64,000 nucleotides of DNA from Squalus acanthias (taxonomy: Eukaryota), in assembly GCA_030390025.1 (NCBI GenBank), contig CM059442.1:1860001-1924000 (forward strand), written 5' to 3'. Position numbers and translations under genes: made by a program. Of this stretch, positions 59,986-64,000 are shown piece by piece; the stretch's first letter is position 1, and each line of letters opens with the position of its first letter. The notes under the pieces were generated by a model that was given only the letters and a program-made list of their open reading frames with translations, was not told the DNA's origin and ran no database searches.

Positions 59986-60692
59986 GATGCGGAGATACCG
60001 GTGTTGGACTGGGGTGGACAAAAGTGGGAAGTCGCACAACACCAGGTTATAGTCCACCAGTTTTATTTCAAAACACAAGCTTTCAGAACTGCAGCTCCTT
60101 CGTCAGGTGACGTGAATGAATACGAATCGGCAAAGCATATATAGACAGAGAACAATGCCTGTGCAGCGTACAATGTCACACGACTACAGTTAATCTTTCT
60201 GACTGCCTTTTATCACACCTCGGCAGAGAGACAATCAAGTCAGTCAGGAAGGCATTATATCAAAGACATAGGAGAATACAACTAAGACAATGAGGTGGGG
60301 TCACAGGGGGTCTAATGTGTCAAATGCTGCAGTCTGTATGGAAAACCATAAACTTTAAACGCTTTACTTTTTTTTACTGGAAATCACATCTGCGAACAAT
60401 CCAACGACGACTCGAGTCTGGATGGCTCTACGTCATGTAGCGTGACATGAAACGAAGATCACGGTTGAGGCCGTCCTCATGGGTGCGGACCTTGGCTATC
60501 AGTTTCGGCTCGATGATTTTGCATTGTCGTATGTCTCGTAGGACGCATTGGAGAATGCTTACCCGCAGATCCGAGGCTGAATATCCTTGACTGCTGAAGG
60601 TAACCTCCCAGTCGGGGAACACTTCAGCAGCTCCGAAAGCTTGTGATTTCAAATAAAACTGTTGGACGAGAACCTGGTATTGTGCGACTGCT
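59986..60692 (-). mobile_element. Penelope-like element 3' fragment with an inverted partial terminal repeat, nested in CR1
   Basis: ASDLRVSILQ...THEDGLNRD matches the C-terminus of the 49777 ORF. Terminal repeat on the minus strand at ~59990-60110 and a plus-strand partial copy at ~60625-60690. atgtaat occurs on both flanks. Confidence 0.9.
60074..60109 (-). ncRNA. Minimal hammerhead ribozyme
   Basis: Minus strand: CAC-CTGACGA-A-GGAGC-tgca-GTTCT-GAAA-GCTT-GTG. Stem II is retained through G-U pairs. Confidence 0.72.
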
Positions 60693-62414
60693 CAAAATAT
60701 GTAATAGCAGAGCACTTGGAAAACAGTGACAAAGTCAACATGGATTTACAAAAGGGACATCATGCTCGTCTAATCTACTGGAATTTTTTAAGGATGTAAC
60801 TGCTAGAATAGATAAGGAAGAAAGAGTGGATGTGGTGTATTTGGACTTTCAGAAGGCTTTCGATAAGGTCCCACATAAGAGATTAGTGTGCAAAGTTAAT
60901 GCACATGGGATTGGGGGTGAGGTACTGATTTGGATAGAGAACTGCTTGGCAGACAGGAAGCAAAACGTTGGAATAAACGGGTCATTTTCCGAGTGGCAGG
61001 TAGTGATTAATGGGGTACCACAGGGATCGGTGCTAGGACCTCAGCTATTCACAATATATAGTAATGATCTAGACGAGGGTAATAGATGTTATATCTCTAA
61101 GTTTGCAGACGACACAAAGCTTGGTGGGCGTGTGTGCTGTGAGGAGGATGCAGAGAAACTCCAGTATGATTTGGACAGGTTAGGTGATTGGGCAGATGCT
61201 TGGCAGATGCAGTATAATGTGGATAAATGCGAGGTTATCCACTTAGGTGGCAATAACAGGAAGGCAGATTATTATCTGAACGGCAATAGATCGGAAAAAG
61301 TGGAAGTGCAACGAGACCTGGGAGTCCTTGTACACCAGTCGCTGAAGGTAAGCATGCATTTGCAGCAGCCGGTTAAGAAGGCAAATGGTATGTTGGTCTT
61401 CATAGCGAGAGGATACGAGTAAAGGAGCAAGGATGTCTTGCTGCAGTTGTATAAGGCCTTGGTGAGACCACTTCTTGAGTATTGTGTGCAGTTTTCTTCG
61501 CCTTATCTGAGGAAGGAGGTTATTGCCATGGAGGGAGTGCAGCGAACATTTACCAGACTGATACCTGGGATGGCAGGAATCACGTATGAAGAGAGATTGG
61601 GTCGATTGGGCTTATATTCGCTGGACTTTCGAAGAATGAGAGGGTATCTCATTGAAACTTATAAAATTCTAACAGGACTAGACAGACTAGATGAAGGAAG
61701 GATGTTCCCGATGGCGGGGGAGTCCAGAACCAGGGGTCACAATCTAAGGATAATGGGTAAGCCATTTAGGACTGAGATGAGGATGAATTTCTTCACCCAG
61801 AGAGTGGTGAACCTATGGAATTCACTACCACAGAAGGCAGTTGAGCCCAATTCATTAAATATATTCAAGAAGGAGATAGATACATTTCTTAAGGCTAAAG
61901 AGACCAAGGGATATGGGGAGAAAGCAGGGACATGGTACTGAATTTGGATGAACAGCCATGATCTCATTAAATGGCGGAACAGGCTCGAGGTGCCTTAACC
62001 AGAGGTCAGTGACTTAAAATAATTGGGACAAGAAGTAATAGGGACCGGGACCGGAGTAGAATTTTTTTCACACAGATGATTTTTAGAATTGGAAAAGCAT
62101 TATCTGAAAAGATAGTGAAAAAATATTCAATAAGAACAAACAGTTGGGCATGTACATGAAGGATGCTAATTTTCAGCTTTACAGTAAAAGCTGGTCTGTG
62201 GGATTCAATTGTACAACACTTTCAAAGAGCCTTCACAGTCAGGACGGGTGGAATGGCCTATTACAGTTTTGCGAGACTGTATCAGGCTATCAATTTATGC
62301 TCTACTAAAATAGAAAAGGAATTAATGTTAGTCATCTGCTTTAGAGAGGCCATTGCTCACCGAAAGATGGCGCAAATGCACCTTTTGGACATCTAAGGAA
62401 CGTCTAAGATTAAG

Positions 62415-62910
62415 GATACAGGAACATAGGAACAGAACTCGGCCATTCAGCTCCTCGAGCCTGTTTCGCCATTCAATTCGATCATTGCTGATCGATATCA
62501 GAACTCCATCTATATGCCTTGACTTTGTAACTCTTAATACCCTTGCTTAATAAAAATCTATCAATCTCTGTTTGGAAATACTTAATTGACCTCGTCCCAA
62601 CCGACTGTTGGGTGACGTTCGAGGTCTTCACTACTCTTTGTGTACAGAAGAGTTTCCTGACATCACCCTTAAAGGGCCTAGCACTAATTTTAATGTTATG
62701 GGCCCTTGTTCTGTACTCTACCACCAGACGGAATAGTTTCTCTATTTCTACCAGATTAAATGCTGTAATCATCTTAAACACCTGAATTAGATCACCCCTT
62801 AACCTTCTGTACTCGAGGAAATGCAAGCCAGGAGTATAGAACCTCTCAACATAGTTTAACCCTTGTATCCTCGGTATCATTATGGTGAATCTGCGCTGCA
62901 CACCCTCTAA
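62415..62910 (-). mobile_element. CR1 3' fragment
   Basis: QRRFTIMIP...RRLRGDLIQVFKM. Confidence 0.85.
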
Positions 62911-63194
62911 AGCAAATGGGGCAGATTTTGCAGTGGGTATGATGACCTACTCAGAGAGCATCCGTCATACCACCTTTGAAATTTACTGCAAGTTCGTGAT
63001 TTTCGCATGTGCTTGTGTATGCGCTAAATCCCGAACCAGCGATCTGTCAAGGTTTGCCTTGACAGATGATCCGCACCGACGGCGAAATACTAAATATTTT
63101 ATAGATTTGGGCTAATTGCCCACCAACTGCCCAGCAATTATGTCCGAAAATGTTACGGTTACTGAAAGCAGGCGCAGGAACCTGTGTCACACCG

Positions 63195-64000
63195 CAGGTA
63201 AAGACTAGGTCAGACAGTAAATGGGTGACCAAGAGGCAGGGCAATATCAGGAAGGTAGTGCAGGAGTCCCCTGCGGTCGTCTCTCTCCAAAACAGATATA
63301 CCGTTTTGGATACTGTTGGGGGAAATGTCCTACCAGGGGAAGGCACCAGCAGCCAGGTTCATGGCACCATGGCTGGTTCTGCTGCACAGCAGGGCGGGAA
63401 AAAGAGTGGTAGAGCTATAGTGATAGGGGACTCAATTGTAAGGGGAATAAACAGGAGTTTCTGTGGCCGCAACCGAGATTCCAGGATGGTATGTTGCCTC
63501 CGTGGTGCAAGGGTCAAGGATGTCTCGGAGCGTCTGCTGAACAATTTGGAAAGGGAGGGTGAAGAGCCAGCTGTCGTGCTGCATGTAGGTACCAACGATA
63601 TAGGTAAAAAGCGGGAAGAGGTCCTACAAGCAGAATTTAGGGAGCTAGGAGCTAAATTGAAAAGTAGGACCTCAAAGGTAGTAATCTCTGGGTTGCTACC
63701 AGTGCCACGTGCTAATCAGTGTAGCATGAACAGGAAAGCGAGATTAAATACGTGGCTTGAGCAGTGGTACAGGAGGGAGGGATTCAAATACCTGAGGCAT
63801 TGGAACCAGTTCTGGGGGAAGTGGGACCTGTACAAAAGGGACAGTCTGCACTTGGGCAGGACTGGAACCGATGTCCTCGGGGTAATATTTGCTAAGGCAG
63901 TTCGGGAGGATTTAAACTAATATGGCAGGGGAATGGGAACCTATGTACCGAAACAGGGGGAATAATATGCAGTCAGAAACAAATGTGAGAAGGGTGAGAA
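63195..64000 (+). mobile_element. CR1 ORF1 (SGNH/GDSL esterase domain), element continues beyond the window
   Basis: LQNRYTVL, VIGDSIVR, LHVGTNDIG and DSLHL. Paralogous to 57480-58150. Confidence 0.92.

Larger units (their letters stand above)
56825..61990 (+). mobile_element. Near full-length CR1 LINE (5' UTR, ORF1 zinc finger plus SGNH esterase from ATG 57237, ORF2 APE-RT), degenerate, with two nested inserts
   Basis: ORF1 has VCEKC, IGDSIVR and VHIGTNDIG. ORF2 has CLNARSI, IMGDFN, YLDFQKAFDKVPH and KFADDTK. Confidence 0.96.

Overview
Repeat-dense vertebrate genomic DNA, most likely a cartilaginous fish (shark). This is inferred from the CR1 LINE subfamilies, Deu-type SINEs, Penelope elements and a GPR139-like receptor; no database search was run. 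Most bases are decayed retroelements: CR1, L2, RTE, Penelope-like elements with minimal hammerhead ribozymes, and one young Gypsy LTR element. Host content found by reading splice signals by hand: (1) two minus-strand leukocyte-receptor-complex (KIR/LILR/CHIR)-like Ig receptor genes. One shows only its split leader (31-nt + 36-nt exons, 12322-13028). The other shows two intact Ig exons, one disabled Ig exon, one Ig remnant, a TM exon and four tiny cytoplasmic exons (34959-54038). (2) A two-exon GPR139/142-like GPCR whose start codon appears to be ATT. (3) A decayed tRNA cluster (iMet plus three Ala). Best leads: the LRC-like receptor locus with a KIR-style skippable pseudoexon, a Gypsy element with no tRNA primer site but an 11-bp fold-back onto its own poly(A) signal, and hammerhead ribozymes with compensatory stem changes. 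Boundaries of degenerate repeats are approximate. Exon, LTR and TSD coordinates were counted by hand.
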